A stretch of DNA of 64,000 nt from assembly GCF_056712565.1 (NCBI RefSeq), contig NZ_CM160072.1. The stretch is one strand, 5' to 3'. Both the position numbers and the translations under genes were made by a program. The stretch's first letter is position 1. Every line of letters starts with the position of its first letter. Positions 1 through 10,364 of this stretch are shown piece by piece. The notes under the pieces were generated by a model. That model saw only the letters and a list, made by a program, of their open reading frames with translations, ran no database searches and was not told the origin of the DNA.

Positions 1-1
1 G

Positions 2-382
2 GATACTGTGGTTGCCACCAGCGATAAAAAGCGTTTTAGTTATTCCAGTGATGGTAGGTGCATCCGCGCGGTTCAGGGGCATTCGACTTCGCAGGTCGCT
101 ATTTCCTTTGCCGAAAAAACACCGCCACAGTTTCTCTACCACGGTACGGCAAGCCGTTTCCTTGACGAGATAAAAAAACAGGGGCTGATTGCAGGTGAGC
201 GTCACTACGTACATCTCTCTGCTGATGAAGCAACGGCACGCAAAGTGGGAGCAAGACACGGATCGCCGGTTATTTTAACCGTCAAAGCACAGGAAATGGC
301 GAAACGAGGCCTCCCTTTCTGGCAAGCGGAAAACGGGGTCTGGCTGACATCAACGGTTGCGGTTGAGTTTCTTGAGTGGTAA
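2..382 (+). CDS. kptA: RNA 2-prime-phosphotransferase KptA, C-terminal part; the 5-prime end lies upstream of the window
   Basis: Frame of ORF 8..382 stays open to the window edge; translation matches the Tpt1/KptA C-terminal region as remembered from K-12; synteny with yjiJ downstream. Confidence 0.85.
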
Positions 383-394
383 GGGAAACTTCCC

Positions 395-1573
395 TCATGA
401 AGTGACCACTTGTAGCTTAAATAATTGCACTGTGCTGATAAGCGCAGCAATAAACAACGCCGCCGCGCCGCAGAGAGTGGCGCTGGCAAGCGCCGATGTT
501 CCATTGCTGAGCATACTAGTCAGCGCCGGGCCGAGGATTTGCCCAATGCCGTAAATGAGCGTCACAAAGCCTAAAAGATTGAGATTTCCCGGTACGCTCA
601 GTTGGCGGGCGATAGTCATCACCAGAGATGTCGTGCCCATAAAGGTACCGCCAAAACCAAGACTGCTGATGATAAGCAAGAGAGGCGAGTCGCTGGCGAG
701 AGTAAGCAGCACACAGATAGCCTGCACCAGCAAATTCGCCGTCAGGCAGGGCAAAGCCCCCCAACGTTTTGCTGCCCATAGCCAGCCAAAGCAACCAGGC
801 ACAATTGATAAGCCGACTAACGTCCAGAGATGGGCGGTTAACAATGGTGAGCCTGCATCTTTCGCCATGAGCGGCAGGTAAGTCGCGACGATGATATAAC
901 CAAATCCCGCCAGGCCGTACAGAATAGCCAGTAACCACCAGCTCATTATCTGTTGCTCCGTTTTTGCCAATGGCATTGGTGTGATGGCGTGTTTTTTCGA
1001 GGGCATTAAAAGCGTAAGTGCAATCAGCATCATGCCAGAAAGCGCCCCGGCGCCTTGCCATAACGTTTGCGAGGAGAGGTCAAAATGCAGGCCTGCCAGA
1101 ACATATTCATTGCCCAGTGCGATGCCAATGCCAACGCCAGAAAACAAAGCTGCCAGCACAAAAGGATGGCGCGTGTGCTGCATAATCAGCGTCGAACCAA
1201 AAATCAGCATACCGGCGCTGGCGACACCCGCCAGGACGCGAATCAATAACACCAGAATAAATGGCGGCAACCATGCCATTGCGAGGATCAACAACCCGCT
1301 CGCCAGGGCAGAAGCCAACAGAAATGGGCGCAGGCGCGATGGCTGGTGAAATGCGCCAAAAGAAAATAGCAGACTGCCAGCCAGATACCCCGCATAGTTG
1401 CCGCTGGCAATCCACGAGAGCTGGCTAAATGAAAACGATCCTTCCGCCATCATGACGGGCAACATAGGCGTATAAAGGAAGCGGCCTAAACCCATACCTA
1501 AGGTCAGAACCAGCATCCCGAAAAGCGCGGTGCTGAAAGAAAAGCGTTCTACGGGATGCGTGGACGAAGGCAT
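395..1573 (-). CDS. yjiJ: MFS-family transporter YjiJ
   Basis: 392-aa ORF, multi-helix hydrophobic profile, same length as K-12 YjiJ; synteny. Confidence 0.9.
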
Positions 1574-1640
1574 GTTTAACCTTGTTTGTCATTTTTGTTG
1601 TTAACAAGTTAATAACAAAAAGGTGAAGCATGCCAGCCTG

Positions 1641-3593
<1,953 letters not shown>

Positions 3594-3596
3594 TCC

Positions 3597-4748
3597 TTAC
3601 AGCATCTCAATAAAGGCCGCGACACGGGTACTGAGCTGCCCGACATCCGAGGTGGAGTAGTCTGTTTCAATAGCGATATAAGGAATGTTGTGCTGCTGGC
3701 GCACATGACGTTTAATCGCCAGCGATTCCACCGCGTAGGTATGGCACGCCTGCAAAATCACATCAACTACGCCATCGACCTGATATTCCTCCACCATCTG
3801 GCTGAGCATTTTCAGGCGCTGATCGTTCGGCGAAACACAGGAGCAGCCAATCGCCAGATATTTATCCGCCAGCGCGTCGTAGACATCGCCCGTTTCTGCC
3901 ACGCATTGCTCGGTCGCTTTCGCCCCGGTGCAGTTTTCATAACCGACAACCCAGCCGCCATTCTCTTCAATCGCGCGCACCACTTTTTCTGCTGCGCCGC
4001 CAATCGGGCAGCCGGTGATTAAAATGCGCGGACGCGGGTCCAGTCGCTGGCCTTCTTCCCACTGCTGACGAACGCGGGCGGTCATTGCATCCAGTTCATT
4101 GATCAACGCCTCTTTATCGAACCGGAAGGTTGCGCCGTAAACCACTTTCAGAATGTCGCTGCCGCTAAGCGCCGGAGGATTTAACTGCCCAAGATGATAA
4201 AAGTTGGCCAGTGCGCGACGTTCGCGGTTTTTCAGCGCAATGGCATCGCGCAGAGCATCTTCGCTAATCTCGTGCCCAAAACGTTCTTCTACCGTTTTTT
4301 GCAAGCGCAGCATCTCGGCTTTCCATAATGCACGCGAGGCATCGTCCTTAACGCTGTTTGGCAACTGCATCACATGAACGGGCTTAAATTCTGCCATGTA
4401 TTCATACATTTTCTTTTTGCCGTCGCAGGTGGTTTCACCGACCACCAGATCAGAAAAGTAGAAGTAGGGGCATTTATCGGTTTTGCCGAAGCCGTAGCTG
4501 CTTTTAATCAGCGGGCAGAGGTTGCGCGGCAGATCTTTCTCGGCTTCTTCAATGGTTTCATCAGAGGTGGAACATAGCGAAACCACAACCGCACCGGCTG
4601 CCATCGGGATCTCTTGCGGCATAAAGGTGCAGTAGGTGCCAACCAGCGGAATGCCGCGCTCCTTGAGATCCATGACGGTGAGAAAGCCTTTCTGGCGAGC
4701 TTCAGAGAACTGATCGAAAATGGCGGGTAGATCGGTGACAAGTGACAT
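3597..4748 (-). CDS. yjiM: 2-hydroxyacyl-CoA dehydratase D-component-like protein
   Basis: ORF 3597..4769; start set at the Met of MSLVTDLPAIF to match the remembered K-12 length (383 aa); cysteine-rich HgdB/BcrC-like sequence. Confidence 0.85.
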   Translation of the reverse strand: MSLVTDLPAIFDQFSEARQKGFLTVMDLKERGIPLVGTYCTFMPQEIPMAAGAVVVSLCSTSDETIEEAEKDLPRNLCPLIKSSYGFGKTDKCPYFYFSDLVVGETTCDGKKKMYEYMAEFKPVHVMQLPNSVKDDASRALWKAEMLRLQKTVEERFGHEISEDALRDAIALKNRERRALANFYHLGQLNPPALSGSDILKVVYGATFRFDKEALINELDAMTARVRQQWEEGQRLDPRPRILITGCPIGGAAEKVVRAIEENGGWVVGYENCTGAKATEQCVAETGDVYDALADKYLAIGCSCVSPNDQRLKMLSQMVEEYQVDGVVDVILQACHTYAVESLAIKRHVRQQHNIPYIAIETDYSTSDVGQLSTRVAAFIEML

Positions 4749-4863
4749 GATTTTCCTTCCCCGTACCACGGGAGATAATGAAAAGAGGCCACATTATTAC
4801 CATTCTTTTAGTGTGGTTTATTTGATCTCTCTCGCGGTTAGCCACTTAGTTTTTCATGGATTT

Positions 4864-6144
4864 CTATAAATTGCCGAGGGGGAACAAGGCCGGGAGCTGC
4901 GACAGCAAATACAAAATAAGTCCAATACAACCGCCAACCAGCGTACCGTTGACACGGATAAACTGGAGATCTTTGCCGATATTTAACTCGATTTGCCGCG
5001 ACATATCCCGTGCGTCCCAGCTTTTTACCGTGTCGCTGATATGGCGAGTCAGGAATGCGGAAAACTCAGGCGCAATGCGGTGTGCGGCTTGTTCCAGATG
5101 ACCATTTAACGACGCCCGCAAGGCATCATCGGCAATTAACGTTTCGCCAAACCATTGACCCGCCCGCGCGATACGTTCTTTCACACGAGAATCTTCACTG
5201 TTGATATCCGCATTCAGCCATTCCCGTAAATCCCCCCACAATTCACTGAGATAGCGGTTAAAAGCTTCATCTTCTTTCAGATAGCTTTTTACGGCATCGG
5301 CTCGCGCTGCCATTTCCGGATCGTTTTTCAGCTTGTCGATCAGGGCAAAAGTGGCGCGATCAAACGCATGGCGGATCTGATGCGCACGATCGCGGCTGAT
5401 ATCATCAAGCAAAGAATTCACCGCGTCAGAAACCAACTCCGCGCTATGTTCGCCCAGCCATTCAGTGGGCAAAATTTTGGCTTTCAGTGGATGCTCGCTC
5501 TCCAGCCAGCGAACAATTTGCTGGGCGATAAACTTGCGCGATTTATCGCGCTGGAGAAGGGCGATCAACTGTGCGATCAGCGTATCGAGCAGCACCTGAT
5601 GACGATCGTTTCTGGTCATGCTCTCCAGAATCAGTGCGCTGGTGCCGGAAAGATCGACCTTATCGATCGCCCGGTGGACCGCGCGCTTAAGCAGGCGCTG
5701 AATACGCGCATCATCGGTCAGTTCGAGAAAACCGCTCATGATCTGTAACAGATGCTGACCAACGCGGCGGGCGTTCTCCGGCTGACTAAACCAGTTGCCA
5801 ATCAACAACGCCGGTTCGTGACGTCGAATCAATGCCACCAGCGATTGGGTATCGAGAAATTTTTCCTGCACGAACTGGCCGAGATTTTCGCCAATCCGGT
5901 CTTTATTACGCGGGATAATCGCCGTATGACGAGAAATGATCGGAATCGGCACGCGGCGAAACAGCGCCACCACCGCAAACCAGTCCGCCAGCGCGCCGAC
6001 CATCGCCGCTTCAGCAATCGCCTTCACACCGCTCACCCAAAAATTGGGCGGCAAAAACAGCGTAACGACAAAGGTAGCAGCGGCGATAAGCAGTAAAGAG
6101 AGAGCCAACATTTTGGCGCGTCTGAGTTCAATGAGTTTATTCAT
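4864..6144 (-). CDS. yjiN: DUF445 inner-membrane protein YjiN
   Basis: ORF 4864..6180; start set at [11 protein letters not shown] (426 aa); N-terminal transmembrane segment. Confidence 0.85.
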   Translation of the reverse strand: MNKLIELRRAKMLALSLLLIAAATFVVTLFLPPNFWVSGVKAIAEAAMVGALADWFAVVALFRRVPIPIISRHTAIIPRNKDRIGENLGQFVQEKFLDTQSLVALIRRHEPALLIGNWFSQPENARRVGQHLLQIMSGFLELTDDARIQRLLKRAVHRAIDKVDLSGTSALILESMTRNDRHQVLLDTLIAQLIALLQRDKSRKFIAQQIVRWLESEHPLKAKILPTEWLGEHSAELVSDAVNSLLDDISRDRAHQIRHAFDRATFALIDKLKNDPEMAARADAVKSYLKEDEAFNRYLSELWGDLREWLNADINSEDSRVKERIARAGQWFGETLIADDALRASLNGHLEQAAHRIAPEFSAFLTRHISDTVKSWDARDMSRQIELNIGKDLQFIRVNGTLVGGCIGLILYLLSQLPALFPLGNL

Positions 6145-6328
6145 ATCGTAAGAATAGAGCCTGACGGTAAGAAAACGCAAAAAGCGAGATATCTTCCATA
6201 AAAATGTATCGTTTGCAGAAGAATAAAAATAGCCTGGAAACCGCCTCGGGGAATAGGAAATAGCCAGGTGTGAATGGCTTTGTTAGTCGCTAAAGTTGGG
6301 CCATCTTATCTACAGGTGACGGATCGCC

Positions 6329-7249
6329 ATGACAAACTTTACGACCAGCACGCCGCATGACGCATTATTTAAATCCTTTCTCACACACTCTGACACCGCG
6401 CGGGATTTTATGGAGATCCACTTACCCAAAGATTTACGTGAACTGTGCGATCTCGATAGCTTAAAACTGGAATCCGCCAGCTTTGTCGATGAAAAATTGC
6501 GGGCGCTACATTCCGATATTCTGTGGTCGGTAAAGACCCGTGAAGGCGATGGCTATATTTATGTAGTGATTGAACATCAGAGCCGTGAGGATATTCATAT
6601 GGCCTTTCGTCTGATGCGATATTCCATGGCGGTGATGCAGCGCCATATCGAACATGATAAACGCCGGCAGCTACCACTGGTCATCCCGATGCTGTTTTAT
6701 CACGGTAGCCGTAGCCCTTATCCTTGGTCTTTGTGCTGGCTGGACGAATTTGCCGACCCAACTACCGCACGGAAGCTTTATACCGCCGCGTTCCCGCTGG
6801 TGGATATCACTGTCGTGCCAGACGACGAGATTGTGCAGCATCGCAGAGTCGCCCTGTTGGAGTTGATCCAAAAGCATATTCGCCAGCGCGATCTGATGGG
6901 GCTTATTGACCAACTGGTAGTATTACTGGTTACAGAGTGTGCTAATGACAGCCAGATAACTGCGCTGTTAAATTACATTTTACTGACTGGTGATGAAGCG
7001 CGTTTTAATGAGTTTATCAGTGAAATTACCCGTCGACTGCCACAACAAAGGGAGCGAATAATGACGATTGCAGAGCGAATTCATAATGATGGATATATAA
7101 AAGGGGAACAGCGCATTCTTCGATTGTTTTTGCAGAATGGGGTAGATCCTGAATGGATACAAAAGATTACCGGACTTTCGGCAGAGCAAATACAGGCATT
7201 AGAGCAGCCCTTGCCTGAGCGTGAGCCTTATTCATGGCTCAAGAGCTAA
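6329..7249 (+). CDS. rpnD: Rpn-family recombination-promoting nuclease (YhgA-like, PD-(D/E)XK transposase-like), apparently intact RpnD homologue
   Basis: 306-aa ORF beginning [20 protein letters not shown], typical Rpn N-terminus. K-12 has this locus split into yjiP/yjiQ as I recall; here it is one uninterrupted frame. Confidence 0.8.
   Translation: MTNFTTSTPHDALFKSFLTHSDTARDFMEIHLPKDLRELCDLDSLKLESASFVDEKLRALHSDILWSVKTREGDGYIYVVIEHQSREDIHMAFRLMRYSMAVMQRHIEHDKRRQLPLVIPMLFYHGSRSPYPWSLCWLDEFADPTTARKLYTAAFPLVDITVVPDDEIVQHRRVALLELIQKHIRQRDLMGLIDQLVVLLVTECANDSQITALLNYILLTGDEARFNEFISEITRRLPQQRERIMTIAERIHNDGYIKGEQRILRLFLQNGVDPEWIQKITGLSAEQIQALEQPLPEREPYSWLKS
7061..7249 (+). CDS. Candidate internally initiated small protein (RpnS-like) in frame with the rpn C-terminus
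   Basis: In-frame ATG at 7061 preceded by a strong Shine-Dalgarno AGGGAG at 7048-7053 inside the rpn ORF; would give a 62-aa C-terminal peptide. Confidence 0.4.
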   Translation: MTIAERIHNDGYIKGEQRILRLFLQNGVDPEWIQKITGLSAEQIQALEQPLPEREPYSWLKS

Positions 7250-7275
7250 TCAGAGACGGATGACAAACGCAAAGC

Positions 7276-7374
7276 TGCCTGATGCGCTACGCTTATCAGA
7301 CCTACATTATCTCTGCAATCTATTGAATTTGCGCGGTTTGTAGGCCGGATAAGGCGTTCACGCCGCATCCGGCA
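7276..7374. repeat. REP (repetitive extragenic palindrome) elements downstream of rpn
   Basis: GCCTGATGCGCTACGCTTATCAGACCTAC and GTAGGCCGGATAAGGCGTTCACGCCGCATCCGGCA motifs typical of E. coli REP sequences. Confidence 0.7.
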
Positions 7375-7654
7375 TGAACGAAGCACACTTTACGTGGCGA
7401 TGATAGTGACCTTCCTGCACCAACCTTGCCGCCGCCATTTATGTGAACGGTACATTAACGCTGCTGGTGGCAGCAAATGCAGACCCGGTGCGTGTTACAG
7501 CAGGTGAGAGATGAACGGTTAAAGGATATTGGGTTATGCAGGGAGGATGTGGTGTAATGGAGAGAGTCCTTCACGAAACGATGGGATTTATATGTCACCT
7601 CGTCAGATAAGGGGTTATTATTGCGAAATCATCGCTTCACGGAAAGACGTCAGA

Positions 7655-9748
7655 ATGAAAGCTACAGAAGCCCGCCTACTCGATTTTTTAAAACGTTCGC
7701 AGCAGTTCGTTATTACCATTTATCAACGGACTTATTCATGGACAGAACAACAATGTCGGCAACTTTGGGACGACATCATTCGTGCCGGAAAGCGTGACGA
7801 TATATCAGCGCATTTTATCGGTTCGGTTGTTTATATTGAGCAGGGGTTGTATCAGGTTTCTGGTATTTCTCCGTTACTGGTCATTGATGGTCAACAAAGG
7901 CTGACGACCGCAATGTTGCTGATTGAGGCTTTATCGCGTCATCTTGGCGAAGACGAAGTTTTTGATGGCTTTTCAGCAATGAAATTGCGTAATTATTATT
8001 TACTCAATCCTTATGAGTCCGGCGAGAAAGGATTTAAATTACTGCTGACCGAGACTGATAAAGACAGTTTGCTGGCGTTAATAAAACAAAGACCAATGCC
8101 AGAAAACTATTCCCATCGAATAATGGAAAACTTTACTTTCTTTGATGAACAAATTACCAAACTCGGTGATGACTTGATCCCCTTATGTCGTGGGTTAGCA
8201 AAGTTATTAATTGTCGATGTGGCGCTTAATCGTGGTCAGGATAATCCGCAACTGATTTTTGAAAGTATGAACTCCACCGGTAAGGCATTAAGTCAGGCCG
8301 ATCTGGTGCGCAATTTTATTCTGATGGGCCTCGAACCAGAGCATCAAACCCGGTTGTATGAAGATCACTGGCGTCCAATGGAAGTCGCGTTTGGTCAGCA
8401 AGGTTACAGCGAATATTTTGACAGTTTTATGCGTCATTATCTGACGGTAAAAACGGGGGAGATCCCTCGGACAGATGAAGTCTATGAGGCATTTAAACTC
8501 CATGCCCGCAGCCAGAGTGTTGCTGAAAAAGGCGTAGATCGGCTGGTTGAAGATATTCACATCTACGCGGAGTATTACTGTGCAATGGCATTGGGAAAAG
8601 AAAGTGACAAATCGCTTGCTACGGCTTTTCAGGATTTGCGCGAGTTAAAGGTCGATGTGGCGTATCCTTTCTTACTGGCGCTTTATCATGACTATAAAAA
8701 TGGCGTTTTGTCTCACGAAGATTTCCTGAGCATAATTCGTTTAATTGAATCTTATGTTTTCCGCCGTGCAGTATGTGCGATTCCGACAAATTCTCTTAAC
8801 AAGACGTTTGCTACTTTTTATAAGGTCATTAATAAAGAAAAATATCTGGAAAGTATTCAGGTACATTTTCTGAATCTGCCTTCATATCGTCGTTTCCCCA
8901 ACGATGATGAATTTAAACGGGAATTAAAAGTTCGTGATCTCTATAATTTCCGTAGTCGCAGCTACTGGTTACGACGACTGGAAAACGATAAACGCAGAGA
9001 GCGCGTGGAAGAGTTTACGATTGAGCATATTATGCCGCAGAACGAAAATTTGTCGGCTAAATGGCGTGAAGAGCTGGGAAGTGACTGGCAACGCATTCAT
9101 AAAGAACTGTTGCATACGTTGGGGAATCTCACATTAACGCGCTATAACTCCCGCTACAGTGACAGACCTTTCGCGGAAAAACGCGATATTGAAGACGGCT
9201 TTAAACATAGCCCGCTCTATTTGAATATCGGTCTTGGACAGTGCGAAAAATGGGATGAAGCAGCCATTCGCGCCCGTGCAGATCGTCTGGCCGATCTCGC
9301 GGTTCAGGTCTGGCAAGCGCCTGCTCTTCCTGAAGAGGTTTTAGCTGTTTATCGGGCGCAGCCGGAGAACAAAACCAGTTACAGCCTGAGTGATTATCCT
9401 TTTCTTGCTGATGGTTCGCATAGCCGGGTGTTATTTGATCATCTTCGCGATGAAGTTATGCGCCTGGACGCAGGGATCACGCAGGAAGTTTTAAAGCTCT
9501 ATATTGCGTTTAAAGCTGAAACGAATTTTGTTGATGTTGTACCGCAAAAAAGCCGACTGCGGTTGTCGCTTAATATGCAGTTTCATGAACTGGTCGATCC
9601 GAAAGGTATTGCCAAAGATGTGACAAATGTTGGGCGATGGGGCAATGGTGATGTGGAAATTGGTTTCAGTGACCTCGCACAACTTCCTTACATTATGGGA
9701 TTAATTCGTCAGGCATTTGAAAAACAGATGGAGAGCGCGTTGGTATAA
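7655..9748 (+). CDS. DUF262 (ParB/Srx-like, DGQQR motif) plus DUF1524 (His-Me finger, HNH-like) fusion protein; putative GmrSD-family type IV modification-dependent restriction endonuclease
   Basis: ORF 7529..9748 (739 aa); start proposed at ATG 7655 (MKATEARLLDFLKRSQQFVITIYQRTYSW, ~697 aa). N-terminal motifs IYQRTYSW and VIDGQQRLTT; C-terminal motif EHIMPQNE...HTLGNLTLTRYN; a further ~100-aa C-terminal extension. Lies between rpn and symE-hsdSMR-mrr. Confidence 0.7.
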   Translation: MKATEARLLDFLKRSQQFVITIYQRTYSWTEQQCRQLWDDIIRAGKRDDISAHFIGSVVYIEQGLYQVSGISPLLVIDGQQRLTTAMLLIEALSRHLGEDEVFDGFSAMKLRNYYLLNPYESGEKGFKLLLTETDKDSLLALIKQRPMPENYSHRIMENFTFFDEQITKLGDDLIPLCRGLAKLLIVDVALNRGQDNPQLIFESMNSTGKALSQADLVRNFILMGLEPEHQTRLYEDHWRPMEVAFGQQGYSEYFDSFMRHYLTVKTGEIPRTDEVYEAFKLHARSQSVAEKGVDRLVEDIHIYAEYYCAMALGKESDKSLATAFQDLRELKVDVAYPFLLALYHDYKNGVLSHEDFLSIIRLIESYVFRRAVCAIPTNSLNKTFATFYKVINKEKYLESIQVHFLNLPSYRRFPNDDEFKRELKVRDLYNFRSRSYWLRRLENDKRRERVEEFTIEHIMPQNENLSAKWREELGSDWQRIHKELLHTLGNLTLTRYNSRYSDRPFAEKRDIEDGFKHSPLYLNIGLGQCEKWDEAAIRARADRLADLAVQVWQAPALPEEVLAVYRAQPENKTSYSLSDYPFLADGSHSRVLFDHLRDEVMRLDAGITQEVLKLYIAFKAETNFVDVVPQKSRLRLSLNMQFHELVDPKGIAKDVTNVGRWGNGDVEIGFSDLAQLPYIMGLIRQAFEKQMESALV

Positions 9749-9762
9749 CGTGGCGAATAATA

Positions 9763-9786
9763 CCCGGTAGCACTGGCGCTACCGGG
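9763..9786. terminator. Hairpin between the convergent GmrSD-like gene and symE (possible bidirectional terminator)
   Basis: Inverted repeat CCCGGTAGC / GCTACCGGG with a 6-nt loop; no clear U-tract, so weak. Confidence 0.35.
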
Positions 9787-9794
9787 TCAATGTA

Positions 9795-10136
9795 TCAGGC
9801 GACTTTCTGTTTACCCGCAATCACCCCAATAAACTCCTGCACCTGCCTTTGTTTACGCGCCGACAGCTTGCACACCTGGCGAAGCGACTGCATCAGTTCG
9901 CTCTCTTCGGCGGCGGGGGGTTGGGCGGTGAGGACAATACAGCCTTCCATCACTTTGACATCTATCGCCGTGCCAGTGGCAAAACCGGCGGCTTCCAGCC
10001 ACTGACCTTTCAGGGTGATGGCGGGAATACGGCTGTAATCCGGGTAGCGACTCGCATAACTCACGGTTAATTGACGGTTATTTGCCGGGGAGACTTCTGC
10101 TTCGAACGGTTGTGCAATAGAATGCGTGTCAGTCAT
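9795..10136 (-). CDS. symE: SOS-induced toxin-like protein SymE (AbrB/SpoVT fold)
   Basis: ORF 9795..10193; start set at [15 protein letters not shown] (113 aa) matching K-12 SymE; LexA-box-like site upstream. Confidence 0.88.
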   Translation of the reverse strand: MTDTHSIAQPFEAEVSPANNRQLTVSYASRYPDYSRIPAITLKGQWLEAAGFATGTAIDVKVMEGCIVLTAQPPAAEESELMQSLRQVCKLSARKQRQVQEFIGVIAGKQKVA

Positions 10137-10207
10137 GATTACTATTCTCCATAAATAGTGATTGTGATGAGCGGTGCGGGTGTGTTGGCGCACATCCGCA
10201 TCGCGCT
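10131..10207 (+). ncRNA. symR: SymR antisense sRNA (approximate bounds) overlapping the symE start and 5-prime UTR
   Basis: Placed by established knowledge of the symE/SymR type I-like pair; coordinates approximate, not derived from a promoter or terminator read. Confidence 0.4.
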
Positions 10208-10213
10208 AAATAC

Positions 10214-10229
10214 CTGGATATATCATCAG
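10214..10229. promoter_or_regulatory. LexA box-like site upstream of symE
   Basis: CTGATGATATATCCAG on the symE strand fits CTG-N10-CAG, 12 of 16 matches to CTGTATATATATACAG. Confidence 0.5.
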
Positions 10230-10364
10230 TAAATACAGGGAAAGTCCAGCTAAAAATAGAATAAAATGGGAAGTTTCTGGAACGATTTAAATATATTTGT
10301 GTGAGTTATGATTGGCGTAAAAATAATAAATAGCGCACCAGAAAGGTGCGCCAGAAAATAATGA

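Noticed and set aside
6329-7249. Possibility that the transposase-like rpn gene marks an insertion sequence
   Set aside because: No terminal inverted repeats or target-site duplication are visible around the gene. Rpn/YhgA-like proteins are chromosomal PD-(D/E)XK nucleases, not autonomous IS transposases. The flanking repeats are REP palindromes.
9749-10364. Presence of mcrB/mcrC between the DUF262 gene and hsdS
   Set aside because: The interval holds only symE and its regulatory region. No ORF with the McrB AAA+ GTPase motifs or McrC features exists in any frame, so McrBC is absent rather than missed.
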